This document shows positions 44,744-54,806 of a DNA stretch of 64,000 nt, piece after piece; within the stretch, counting starts at the first letter, position 1, and the number at the start of each line of letters is the position of its first letter. The stretch comes from Gammaproteobacteria bacterium. GTDB lineage: Bacteria > Pseudomonadota > Gammaproteobacteria > SZUA-229. Under the pieces are notes generated by a model. That model was not told the origin of the DNA, did not search any database, and was given only the letters and a program-made list of their open reading frames with translations. Both the position numbers and the translations under genes were made by a program. Location: contig JAPHSS010000005.1 in assembly GCA_026195255.1 (NCBI GenBank), positions 32,008 through 96,007 on the forward strand, read 5' to 3'.

Positions 44744-44983
44744 CTATCGCCTTCTATCGATATTCATTCTTCTTGCAGGCCCAGTATAATCATGACCATG
44801 ACTGATTCTACGATCATTATTTAGTCCTCTTCTTTCAGCGATTGACTTAGTATCATAATCTTCATCTTTTCGCTCAATATCAACTTTGCAGTTTGTCTCA
44901 TCTTTCACAGCATCATTAACCTTATTAATAACATTTAAAACTTCATTATCTTTAGCAGAAAACGTGTCATCTGATTTTTTCAT
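44744..44983 (-). CDS. Small highly charged hypothetical protein (79 aa)
   Basis: ORF bracketed by the two palindromic 19-mers. No known motif. Confidence 0.3.
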   Translation of the reverse strand: MKKSDDTFSAKDNEVLNVINKVNDAVKDETNCKVDIERKDEDYDTKSIAERRGLNNDRRISHGHDYTGPARRMNIDRRR

Positions 44984-45067
44984 TTCTTCACTTTATAACC
45001 GTTTTATATTTAACTCATGTGATTTATACAGGAATATAAAGTTTGATAATACAAAACCAAGAGGCTT

Positions 45068-45086
45068 TTAACAATTGTTAACAATT
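45068..45086. repeat. Palindromic 19-mer TTAACAATTGTTAACAATT (copy 2; 16-bp perfect palindrome CAATTGTTAACAATTG)
   Basis: Read directly from the sequence. Confidence 0.7.
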
Positions 45087-45324
45087 GGCTCTATGACTTA
45101 TTAACAGATTTAACTTAACCTACTGTTTTTATTGGGTTTATTTGTTTTATTGATATACACGGAATGTGAAATTTGATTAACTTATAGCTGTGCCAGTGAA
45201 TCTTAATAGAAATTAATTCATTGTTAGACTATCCTGCTAAGTCTATAAGCAGAAATAACTCAAGTGATAGTTGTGAAATGATTAGGTTAATTCTGATTAG
45301 ATAATAAATTTTATCTTCACTAAG

Positions 45325-46740
45325 CTAGTCAACCTCAAGCTGACCATAATCATCTACCTTTAAACTAAGTGCAGCACCCGTTGCAGATTTCAACTTAGCT
45401 GCATATTTATCCGCAGATACCTGGTAAGAAAGTACTTCATATCTAAGACCCGCGTGTTTAAGCAAATCTTTAAAATTTTTCTTATCAGGGTACTCCCCCA
45501 TCATCATATATTTCTGTTGCATGTACCTGTGAATACTGTGTGCATTAACCTTGTTTTGAGTTGAAGTGACTGCATCCATAGCATTACTAGTTGCATGGTG
45601 CTGGTCTAACCTTCGCTGAATTTCTCTGGTTCGTTGAAAATCGTGCTGATTATTAACCAATGCTTTTTTATAAATGTCATTAATCTGGCTTAACATAATT
45701 TTATCTTTTCCCGACCGACTGTACTTCTGAAAATTACTACCCAGATCAATCGCCAATGCCTGAGCTTCAAACATGGGTAACGCGTAATTTAACTCATCTA
45801 AAATTAAACTACTCAGGCCAGATGAAATTGATAGTCTCATTGCTTTAAGTAAATTATATTCAGATTTTCGATACTCCTTGGATCGTTTAAATTCCTGTGC
45901 TTCATTATAGAGCTTTTGAGCTTTTTCATCATCACGCCCGGGCTCTGCATTTTCAGATATTTTATTCTGACCAGATAACGGGTTTTCAATTACATAACTT
46001 TGATTAACATTAATTTGTGTTGTGGTTTTACTGTCTATTTTTTTATTAAGCTGCCCTACTTCACTCAAGACTTTATCTATTTTTATACCCTGCTTTTGTA
46101 TGTCTTCTTTTTTTGCCAGATCAGCATAAGCATTTTTCATTGAAGACAGTTCATTTAGAATAAATTCCAGTTTTGCCTCGCTGCGAACAGCGTTATTAGC
46201 TGGTTGTTGAATGATTTTATTATTTATACTGATTATCTGGTTTTCCAGATAACGTATACGAGCCTGATCACGAGGATGTATTTTTATATTCGTTACTACT
46301 TGAGGGCGTAACTCAAGTATTTTGACTATTTTCTTACCCGCCATCTGCCCTGCTTTCTGAAACTGTTTATATATACCATCAAAATCTTTATTCTTTAATG
46401 ATTCAGAATGGGTACTAGAAACGGACTCACCGTCTAGCTGCTGTAGCAATATACTTACAGTCGCCGTTTCAGCGGCCTCAATGAGATTGATGTTTATCTT
46501 TAGATAACCAGTTTTTAAACCTTGTTGAGAACGTGTAAAAAAGGCAAACCGCCTGGTTTTAGAGATCTCTGCCAAGGCGGAATCAACAGCAGCTGATTTA
46601 ATCTTATCTTCTGGCAATGGCTGCCATGCACCAATTTTAAAGCTGGTTTCTAATACAACAGGTGATACATCCGCCTTTAAGTGAATAGCACTTAACACTG
46701 TAAAGAGAAACAAACACAGATGAATGATCCGTTTAATCAT
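45325..46740 (-). CDS. Secreted hypothetical protein, predicted coiled-coil rich
   Basis: Signal peptide. No catalytic motif. Confidence 0.45.
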   Translation of the reverse strand: MIKRIIHLCLFLFTVLSAIHLKADVSPVVLETSFKIGAWQPLPEDKIKSAAVDSALAEISKTRRFAFFTRSQQGLKTGYLKININLIEAAETATVSILLQQLDGESVSSTHSESLKNKDFDGIYKQFQKAGQMAGKKIVKILELRPQVVTNIKIHPRDQARIRYLENQIISINNKIIQQPANNAVRSEAKLEFILNELSSMKNAYADLAKKEDIQKQGIKIDKVLSEVGQLNKKIDSKTTTQINVNQSYVIENPLSGQNKISENAEPGRDDEKAQKLYNEAQEFKRSKEYRKSEYNLLKAMRLSISSGLSSLILDELNYALPMFEAQALAIDLGSNFQKYSRSGKDKIMLSQINDIYKKALVNNQHDFQRTREIQRRLDQHHATSNAMDAVTSTQNKVNAHSIHRYMQQKYMMMGEYPDKKNFKDLLKHAGLRYEVLSYQVSADKYAAKLKSATGAALSLKVDDYGQLEVD

Positions 46741-46900
46741 GTTTTTCCTTTAAATTAATAACTTATTGAACATAAAATAATGTAACTCATAAATCAACTT
46801 TTTATAATATCAGGCATTATCAAATATTGAACCAGAAGCACTCTTTATGGTTTACTATAATTGTTAAATTATAGCTAATTCATCTATTAAGGAGATTTAA

Positions 46901-47068
46901 ATGAAACTTACTATTAAACCTGCAATCATTTTAATACTTGCCGCCATGGCAATTGCCAGTTGCTCTAGTACATCGGGTCCAGCAAGAGATCCTTATAATG
47001 ATGCTGATTCGCAGAGATCAAGATCAGGTCAGGCGCAGGACGAGATGAGCAGAGATATCCCCAGATAA
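46901..47068 (+). CDS. Small putative lipoprotein (55 aa; not in the supplied ORF track)
   Basis: AAGGAG RBS 7 nt upstream of the ATG. Signal peptide ends in a lipobox (IASC). Confidence 0.4.
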   Translation: MKLTIKPAIILILAAMAIASCSSTSGPARDPYNDADSQRSRSGQAQDEMSRDIPR

Positions 47069-47517
47069 GCGGAGATTCTGTTATTTGCCCAGCTTAAGCC
47101 TTGCTCCTAATGTTATGAAAGAGTAAGACTTAAGCCTCAACAGGCTTAGATAATCAAACAGAAGTTCTCTTTATAAGCTTAAATATACAGGCTTAGGAGT
47201 TGCGACTGCTTATCAATATTATCAAGTTTTAGCTTATTCTAAATATTTAGCAGGCCACTTTAATCAGGAAATGCCGCGGCGGATGACAACCATGATTTAG
47301 TCTTTTACAGATATATATACATTGATTTGTGTGTAAACGTTGGCCTGGCCCTGGAAGCCGCGTAAAAGCAGATAAAGACATGTAACATACTGTTATTTAG
47401 ACTATTTTAAATATTTTCCGTTTTCACACTCTATGCTTTACACAGTTAGTTATAGTGCCAGGCTGTTTAAAGTTATCAAAAATATATTATAAGAAAGACA
47501 TTAAAACACACTAAATA

Positions 47518-47546
47518 TTGACATAAGGTTTGAAATTACGTATGAT
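47518..47546 (+). promoter_or_regulatory. Sigma70-type promoter for the csp gene (TTGACA-17nt-TATGAT) giving a ~150-nt 5' UTR
   Basis: Consensus -35 and near-consensus -10 with 17-nt spacing. A long 5' UTR is typical of cspA-family genes. Confidence 0.5.
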
Positions 47547-47705
47547 CCATTCAGCTTTAAAGTAGTTCTTATATTTATGCAACACCTTTTCGATGTCACA
47601 TCATTAGTTTCTCGTCCTGTTATTCATAATTTGTAGCAACACATTCAGCTAAACGACTTCAATTTGAAGTTATATTTTTTATATTATTATTAATAGGATA
47701 CAACT

Positions 47706-47912
47706 ATGTCTACTACAACTGGCACCGTAAAATGGTTTAACGAATCTAAAGGTTTTGGCTTTATCGAACAGGAAAATGGCGCAGATGTTTTTGCTCATTT
47801 CAGTGCAATTTCTGGTTCAGGTTTTAAAACATTAACTGAAGGCCAAAAAGTCGAATTCACAGTTACAGACGGTCAAAAAGGCCCACAAGCTGAGAATATC
47901 GTAGCACTTTAA
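47706..47912 (+). CDS. CspA-family cold-shock protein
   Basis: RNP1/RNP2 motifs [12 protein letters not shown] and VFAHFSAI. 68 aa. Confidence 0.9.
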   Translation: MSTTTGTVKWFNESKGFGFIEQENGADVFAHFSAISGSGFKTLTEGQKVEFTVTDGQKGPQAENIVAL

Positions 47913-47923
47913 TTACGATACAA

Positions 47924-47956
47924 GTGACCTGTTTTTTATTAAACAGGTCACTTTTA
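47924..47956 (+). terminator. Rho-independent terminator after csp (GTGACCTGTTT...AAACAGGTCAC + TTTT)
   Basis: 11-bp stem followed by a T-run. Confidence 0.6.
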
Positions 47957-47980
47957 CATTTATTTATAAATGTAAAAAAG

Positions 47981-48012
47981 GGTAAAGCCAGATGGCCTTA
48001 CCCTTTTTTTTG
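47981..48012. terminator. Second, bidirectional terminator hairpin (A-run, GGGTAAAGCC...GGCCTTACCC, T8)
   Basis: Read directly. Likely serves the convergent minus-strand gene as well. Confidence 0.6.
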
Positions 48013-48152
48013 TCTACAATAAACCGATAAATACAAACCTGACAAACGATGAATTAAATAACACATTTGAGAAAGAGTGAAAGACTCTTAATATTAAAAT
48101 TAGCATTTTTTCAGGTGTAGTTAAAATTAAATAATAATTACCATGGCGATAA

Positions 48153-48755
48153 TTATCCTAGTGCCTTGTTAATTAAAGGCACTAGCGACTCAGGCAATTT
48201 AAGAGCACCGGACAATGCAAACTGCTGACCTCTCGTAGACATCTTTTTCCAGGTCTTACGGATAATTTCTATCCATTTTTCTTCACTGTAATCAGGGTGT
48301 TTCTGTACAAAGTCAAACAGGTAATATTCTATAAATACCAAATCAACAACATCTTCCAGTAATTGTGTATCTGAGTTGCTTTTAATGGCCTTTTTACCGA
48401 CCATTTTTTTTGCACGTTCAACATCTTCTGATGAATAACCGGCTTTTAACATCAAGTCACCCATTGTCTCAGCATGAAACTTATACAGATCTGTTCGCCA
48501 TTTTAAATATCCTATACGATCCATAGGGTAAGCATCTCGAGGTGATTTCCAGCGTTGAATATGCTGTGAGCGTATTGCAAGTTTACAAATATCATCAGCT
48601 TCTGGTTCATAACGCTGAAGAATTTCAGACATACGATGAGAATAAAGAAGCTCTTTCGGCCACTGCTTGTTATTTTCATCAGTGACCTGATTCGGATCTT
48701 CACTATTAGCAGCATCGATGAGTTCAAGTGCTTTTTCATAAACAGTTTGTGACAT
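48153..48755 (-). CDS. DUF4202-like hypothetical protein
   Basis: Start set at the internal Met (MSQTVYE), preceded by GGAG. Confidence 0.5.
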   Translation of the reverse strand: MSQTVYEKALELIDAANSEDPNQVTDENNKQWPKELLYSHRMSEILQRYEPEADDICKLAIRSQHIQRWKSPRDAYPMDRIGYLKWRTDLYKFHAETMGDLMLKAGYSSEDVERAKKMVGKKAIKSNSDTQLLEDVVDLVFIEYYLFDFVQKHPDYSEEKWIEIIRKTWKKMSTRGQQFALSGALKLPESLVPLINKALG

Positions 48756-49687
48756 ATTAAATCTCCAGTAACTGCCTGACCGTAGGTGCGATTGACAGTT
48801 AATACTATAGGGGTTCACATTAATTAAAGACTAAAACGAGATTTAATCTTTAACATGAATGACTGCGATAAAGGCATAATTTTAAAAGTTACACCCGTAA
48901 TTTACTATTAACCCGTAATGATACAAGTTAAGCACTCCCCTTACCATAATATATTGCAATCAATTTTTGACACTCTGAGTGAATCTTAGGCAGATTACCG
49001 AATTAAGTATGTTAATTAATTTTATTTTCTCAATAAAATATATGCAGCACTAAACTAAAACCGCTAGCTTTACAATAAATTTAAATCACTTTCAAGTATC
49101 AGGATGACAAGCCTTTAGTAATACCTCGATATTAACCATATAGAATGTATATGAATAATAAACCAGAATATTTGATCAATTAATCTGACATTAAAGTTAT
49201 ATTTTATTTCTATGTTTATATAAGTTGATAAGATTGAAGTAAAATAAAAAAAGTGACACTCCTGTTGTATATCTGATAAGAAACAAGTTATAAAACTGTC
49301 ACTCTGAATGCGTGAAAACCACAGCAAACTAAGTGTTTTCTGGTTGCCTTAGAATAGATATTTTCTGTTAGTTAGCAAATTTCCAGATATTCTTAATACA
49401 TCTTTTAACTAACTCTATCTGAAAAATAAAAATATAGTGTGTTCATAACGTATAGCTTAAAGCATACGAGGTATGTTTATATACATATGTAACTGTAAGA
49501 TGAAAAAGTCTTTGCTGCCTTTAAATAATGATTAGCATTGTTTTGTGCAGCACTGTTTAAGCAGAACATAATGGTGAATCAGATGTAATACAGTTATTGT
49601 ATTTATGTCAAAAATAAATAGATATCAAATGCCACATTACATTTTTTCTAATCAGGCATGAGGGTTTAGGTAGATTAAAATTTAAAC

Positions 49688-50650
49688 TTATTTAGCAAGA
49701 CAAACCTTGTTTCTTCCACTGTTTTTTGCCTCATACAATGCAGTATCTGCTCTAGTCAACCAGTTACTCGCTGTTTCACCACTAATATATTCGGCAGTAC
49801 CCAATGATATTGTTATCTTTTGGGCATCTAACCATTCTGCTGATTCTATTAAGAGCCTTATCTCCTCAGATATCCTTTCTGCTGACATTAAATCTGCGCC
49901 CGTCAGTAACACTACAAACTCTTCACCACCTAACCGATACATAGTATCTGTCTCGCGTATGCGTGCATTAATCAACTTAACTAAATTAACCAGCACTTTA
50001 TCCCCGGCGGCATGGCCAAAATTATCATTAATTCGTTTAAAGTGATCAACATCAATCAATACAAGTGAAATAGGTTGTAGTGACCGTTTTACATTCGCAA
50101 TAACATCATCTAACTTTTCATCAAATGCGCGACGATTACCCGCATTAGTTAATGGGTCTGTTCTTACTAATAATGCCAGTTGATCGCGTTGCCTAATTTG
50201 ACCCATAGCAAATATATATGCGAAGGCGTTATTGACCATCAATGTCATAACAATTGCCATAAACATCGATGTCTCAAGATGTTTAGCTAACAAAGGAGCA
50301 AGTATGGCTGCTGCCAATAAGCATAAAAAAACAGCCGTTCTTGGGGCAAGCACAAAATACATACCTACCATAGTAGGGTAAGCCCAATAAATTAGAGACG
50401 GCCCTTTTATATAAATTACAGTACACATACCACCTAAAGACAATATGCTTAAGATAATAGCTGTATATTGTGTTTTTCTTGTTAGATATACATATACACC
50501 AAGTATCAAAAACCCCAGAACTAATGACGAATCAACTAAGGCAATTATCCATTCACTCTTGATAATTCTCATGGTTGCAAATGGTGATATTGCAAAAGCA
50601 GCTCCAAATGCCATTGCCATAATAATATATTCTTTGCTGGTCCTGCTCAT
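49688..50650 (-). CDS. Membrane-anchored diguanylate cyclase (multi-TM N-terminal domain + GGDEF; active-site GGEEF)
   Basis: RLGGEEF, DVDHFKRIND, and the inhibitory-site context RXXD. Confidence 0.85.
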   Translation of the reverse strand: MSRTSKEYIIMAMAFGAAFAISPFATMRIIKSEWIIALVDSSLVLGFLILGVYVYLTRKTQYTAIILSILSLGGMCTVIYIKGPSLIYWAYPTMVGMYFVLAPRTAVFLCLLAAAILAPLLAKHLETSMFMAIVMTLMVNNAFAYIFAMGQIRQRDQLALLVRTDPLTNAGNRRAFDEKLDDVIANVKRSLQPISLVLIDVDHFKRINDNFGHAAGDKVLVNLVKLINARIRETDTMYRLGGEEFVVLLTGADLMSAERISEEIRLLIESAEWLDAQKITISLGTAEYISGETASNWLTRADTALYEAKNSGRNKVCLAK

Positions 50651-50969
50651 ATAATATTTTCTTTTTAGTTCGCTTAATCCAGTTTAATAAATTAGATTGA
50701 ATTAGTCGATAAGTGAAAACTGACAAAGTTGAGAGTCTGAAAAAACAATTGAATTACTAGCTAACATAAAACATTTTATTACTCTTAGAGTTTTAAAATA
50801 ATCTGATAATTTCATCTTTAACACGGCTTAAAATCGCGACTCTGCACGAACACTTTATATTAAAAATAAATAATAACTGACATTCAATCATTGTAAGCTT
50901 ATTAATAGAAAACCAGAAACTAACAACACCAATAATGCATTAATAGTAACCTGATATATAAACTTTCGA

Positions 50970-51350
50970 TTATACTTTTTTCGCCATCTTACTGGCTTCA
51001 CGTTCAAGCGCAGCATCATTAACAATATTTAGACCAGATGAACCGGCATTAATGCGAATAACTTGAGCATCTCGTGGCCCGGACATAGTCGCCTGAACAG
51101 GTGTGCCGCTCATTTGAAACGTGGGTTTCACCTTGCCCTGTTTTTGCTGCACGACATGCCAGGCTTCATGGGCTAAATGTTTCTCCTGACCGGGAGCAAT
51201 ATGAATATCAGTGCCCTGTGCGTACGCAAGAGCACCAATTTGAGCTGGCTTAGAACTATTATAGTGAACCTTTACATTATGAAGACTTAAACCAGAAAGA
51301 TTTTCCAGACCTGACTTTAGGCTATCAGGTAAACCTGTGTTATTTGGCAT
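50970..51350 (-). CDS. Stand-alone DUF4157-like protein with HEXXH motif (HEAWHVVQQ)
   Basis: A short protein built around the conserved HEXXH-containing segment typical of DUF4157. Confidence 0.6.
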   Translation of the reverse strand: MPNNTGLPDSLKSGLENLSGLSLHNVKVHYNSSKPAQIGALAYAQGTDIHIAPGQEKHLAHEAWHVVQQKQGKVKPTFQMSGTPVQATMSGPRDAQVIRINAGSSGLNIVNDAALEREASKMAKKV

Positions 51351-51517
51351 TTATTAGCTTCTTATAATATAGAGTCATTTGAAGTTATAACTATACGCTA
51401 TATTTATCAGAAAGCGTGGAGAAACCACACATAAATCAATTAAAGACTGTGTTGAGTACTTTTGCAAAAAAGTAAGGGGGATTATCGGGGCTTAAACCAC
51501 GCCATTATGTGCTTTAA

Positions 51518-52030
51518 TTAGTTAGTAAATAAATTACCTAATGCCGACTCACAAGGTATCCACATATGATTCGAATCGAACTCAACCCAGTCTGCTTTAT
51601 TCTTAATAAGTGAAAATAGTTCATTTGAAATAACCAGACCTTCTGTTGATTCTATATCTACAATTTTTCCTTCTTCATTATACTTGAGATAATCGTATAA
51701 CTTACCGATTTCCCAGCCGACCAATGCGATTTGAAATTTAGGTAAATCTTTAATAAATTCATACATATGTATACTAAGATTTAAACATTCCTTGTCATCA
51801 ACTTTGTGCATAAAGCCGTCATCATCAAACGGGACAGCTAAACCCACATTCTTTGGAATTACATTTAACTGTTCATAAGCAGTGTTATCGAAACCATGAA
51901 ATACGTTATCTAAGGGATGGAAATGAATGTTTTTATAGGGCGTTACCCTTTTATCAAGAAGCGAGGAAAACTCGTGAATATTAATAACTTCATCCAGGAA
52001 ACTAATTTGCAGATCAAAACAGATAGCCAT
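51518..52030 (-). CDS. Hypothetical cytoplasmic protein (AT-rich gene upstream of the DUF4157 gene)
   Basis: ORF only. Confidence 0.4.
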   Translation of the reverse strand: MAICFDLQISFLDEVINIHEFSSLLDKRVTPYKNIHFHPLDNVFHGFDNTAYEQLNVIPKNVGLAVPFDDDGFMHKVDDKECLNLSIHMYEFIKDLPKFQIALVGWEIGKLYDYLKYNEEGKIVDIESTEGLVISNELFSLIKNKADWVEFDSNHMWIPCESALGNLFTN

Positions 52031-52418
52031 AATTTTCTCATTTATAGAACAACTGCGTATGGTTAAAACAAATTCAATAAACTATATAGAATAAATTAAT
52101 CCCAAAACCTGAACCAGTTCAAAAAATTAAATTTCAGAACAGGTAACTTGTAAATCGTCACTAAACAGCAGAATTCATTAATATTATAAAATATAAATTT
52201 AGTAATCTATAATAAACTATCAGGCTTTAATCTCAGATAATCTAAAGTACACGGGCATTTTATTAACCGAGAACAATCAAAACTCCATATTTTGAAACAG
52301 ATAAAGACAATATAACTAAAACCCATAGTAAACTATTAATATAAACATCAGACGAAAGATAATGATTCAAAAGCTTAATTATCGTATAATTCTGCTTCTA
52401 TTATAAAAACCGCTCACA

Positions 52419-52664
52419 TTGAAAACCAAGACTGTAACCGACCACCTGGAAAAATTACCGCGCATTCTTAAGCAGAAATTAGACCAGAACCTGTGTGTCT
52501 GTAATGAAGTACCCAAAATAGATATAATTAATGCCATCGTAAATGGTGCCACTACTGTAGCGGAGATAAAAAAGCAAACATACGCCACCATGGGAAGTGC
52601 TTGCTGTACTCAACAGGTTGAGCGATTGATTGAGTGCCTTTCCTGGCAAGAGCCGAATGATTAA
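52419..52664 (+). CDS. BFD-like [2Fe-2S]-binding domain protein (TTG start)
   Basis: Cys pattern C-X-C ... C-C (CVCNEV ... GSACCTQQ). Confidence 0.55.
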   Translation: MKTKTVTDHLEKLPRILKQKLDQNLCVCNEVPKIDIINAIVNGATTVAEIKKQTYATMGSACCTQQVERLIECLSWQEPND

Positions 52665-52714
52665 CAACTTACCTTGTCGTTTAGATATCCCAGGACCAGG
52701 TGATTTTAAATATA

Positions 52715-53731
52715 CTACACCTGTGTTAACAGCACCCTACTACCATACTGTTGCCGATAAGACTCCATCGTCATCTCCATTTGTTTTTTAAATAATCGCC
52801 TAAAACTACTCTCATCTTTATAACCCACTTCATAAACAATTTTTGTTGAAGGTAACAGTGTAAGCTCTAACAAGTTACAGGCGCGGTTTATACGAATAGT
52901 TTGTAAATATTGCACTGGTGAACATTGCAGTGATTTTGAAAAACGTCGATTTAATTGTCGGTCACTTATACTTAACATATTAGAAAGATCATTGATATTT
53001 ATATCTTCATGGCTGTGTTTTTCTATATGCCGTTGTGCACGTAACACGAGTTCATCAGCGTGGTCGGTTGTCTCTACATTAGTTCTAAATGCTTTAGTTG
53101 AGGGTGCGTTTAAATGCATCATTAATAATTTTGCAGTGTCTACAGCAGTGCGGTGTCCGGCAAAACGCTCAACCAGATGCATAACCATGAGCTCACATGA
53201 CATGCTGCCACCTATAACACTAATAATATTGCCATAGTCCGCGACAGCATTATGTGTATCTATTTTTAAACCGGGAAATGAACGCCGATAAAAACTTTCA
53301 CTCTTCCAGTGCATAAGTGCAGGCAGGTTTTCCATAAGCCCCGCTTTAGCTAACAGAAACGAACCACTACAGATGCTGATGAGCAACCCTCCACGATCAT
53401 AATGCTGCTGAATAACAGGAATAACGGGTTCCGCATTAACAAGAAAACGTTCAACCTTTTCATAGTCAGTTAAAGACTCAAAAACGGAAGGAAGTATCCA
53501 TGCATCCGCTCGGCTATCGAGTTTCAGGTAGTCTTCAAGACTGTAATCAGCCTGTATAACCAGACCATTAGTTGGTGTCACCGGCTTTCCGTCGATGGAA
53601 ATCAGGTCCCATTCAAATAAGGGCTTATGATCTGCTTTCACCAGGGTGTAATTGGTGGCTATGAGTGTATCCAGAATGCTATGAATGCCGCTACCAAAAC
53701 AGCGATTCATAAGTAATATCGCGATTCTCAT
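52715..53731 (-). CDS. AraC-family transcriptional regulator with N-terminal DJ-1/PfpI (GATase1-like) domain
   Basis: C-terminal double HTH (AraC signature). N-terminal MRIAILL...ICSGSF. Confidence 0.8.
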   Translation of the reverse strand: MRIAILLMNRCFGSGIHSILDTLIATNYTLVKADHKPLFEWDLISIDGKPVTPTNGLVIQADYSLEDYLKLDSRADAWILPSVFESLTDYEKVERFLVNAEPVIPVIQQHYDRGGLLISICSGSFLLAKAGLMENLPALMHWKSESFYRRSFPGLKIDTHNAVADYGNIISVIGGSMSCELMVMHLVERFAGHRTAVDTAKLLMMHLNAPSTKAFRTNVETTDHADELVLRAQRHIEKHSHEDININDLSNMLSISDRQLNRRFSKSLQCSPVQYLQTIRINRACNLLELTLLPSTKIVYEVGYKDESSFRRLFKKQMEMTMESYRQQYGSRVLLTQV

Positions 53732-53828
53732 AATTATGTCCATTCTCACCAGTATTTTGTCAAATATGACACTTACCTGGTTTCAAATCAACCGCCATAC
53801 TTATTATCCCACTTCAGGAGCCTTTCAG

Positions 53829-54806
53829 ATGGATCATGAAACATTGCCAGTTGATAAAACCAGACAAACTAAAAACAGACTTTTCAATTCATCCGGGCAG
53901 GATAAACGTGTGGTTCCTTTCAGTTATCAAATGCTCGGCCATGCATTAAACATAATTTCATATATACGCAACGAATGGGCAGCAAGTATTATTAGTGACC
54001 TGTGGTTCACCGTGTTTAAGAGCAAAGCTAAACCCTGGACGATAAAATTCTGGCAAACTGCCGACGCTTGCGTAGAGCTGCAACTTAAAGATAAAGCCAT
54101 AACAGTTCATTTATGGGGTGAAGGCCCTCTGGTAGTTATGATGCATGGCTGGAGTGGTTCTGGTTCGCAGTTTCGCAAACACATACCCGGGCTGGTTAAT
54201 GCGGGTTATCAGGTTGCCTCATTCGACGCACCCGCGCATGGCCTTAACCCGGGCAAACAAAGCCATCTGCTTGAATTTTGTGACACGCTGCTTGCCATAG
54301 AACAACAGATAGGACAAGTTGATACGATAATGGCCCATTCATTTGGCGCTATGGCCGCGGTTGTTTCCACAATACTCGGTTTTTCACCTCGACAGATGAT
54401 ATTAATCGGCCCGCATCTGGATGCACATGAAATGCATCAGACCTACAGTGAGCTGTTAAACCTTAACCCCAGATTAACTCAACGATTTAGAGACAAGATT
54501 GAACAGAAGATGACCGACATTATTAACAGCAGTTTACTTAAGCTGGATAAAGATGTGTGGCACTTTTTATCACCCGCCAGCTTATTATCAAAAACAAAGT
54601 GCAAAGGTCTGTTAATCTATGATGTTGATGATGAAGAAATTCCACAAAGCCAGTTTAAAGAAGTAGAAAAATACTGGCAAGATTGCCAGACAATTGAAAC
54701 CAGTGGTTTAGGTCATCATAGAATATTAAAAGACAGAGAAGTAATTGAAAATGTACTGACATTTATGGGTGAAGCTACTTTAAAAACGCAATCAACTGTT
54801 GCTTGA
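53829..54806 (+). CDS. Alpha/beta hydrolase (divergent from the AraC regulator)
   Basis: HGWSGS oxyanion region and AHSFG nucleophile elbow. The start at 53829 is preceded by AGGAG. Confidence 0.75.
   Translation: MDHETLPVDKTRQTKNRLFNSSGQDKRVVPFSYQMLGHALNIISYIRNEWAASIISDLWFTVFKSKAKPWTIKFWQTADACVELQLKDKAITVHLWGEGPLVVMMHGWSGSGSQFRKHIPGLVNAGYQVASFDAPAHGLNPGKQSHLLEFCDTLLAIEQQIGQVDTIMAHSFGAMAAVVSTILGFSPRQMILIGPHLDAHEMHQTYSELLNLNPRLTQRFRDKIEQKMTDIINSSLLKLDKDVWHFLSPASLLSKTKCKGLLIYDVDDEEIPQSQFKEVEKYWQDCQTIETSGLGHHRILKDREVIENVLTFMGEATLKTQSTVA

Noticed and set aside
44602-45324. Possibility that the segment bounded by the 19-mers is an IS or MITE
   Set aside because: No transposase and no target-site duplication beyond the palindromes themselves. 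A regulatory-operator interpretation is at least as likely. I kept it as a finding, not as a mobile-element feature.
49115-49327. 70-aa ORF in AT-rich intergenic DNA
   Set aside because: Low-complexity Ile/Phe/Tyr-rich translation typical of random AT-rich sequence.
53685-53828. Upstream extension of the alpha/beta hydrolase ORF, overlapping the AraC gene start
   Set aside because: The internal ATG at 53829 has an AGGAG RBS and avoids a 65-nt overlap with the divergent regulator.
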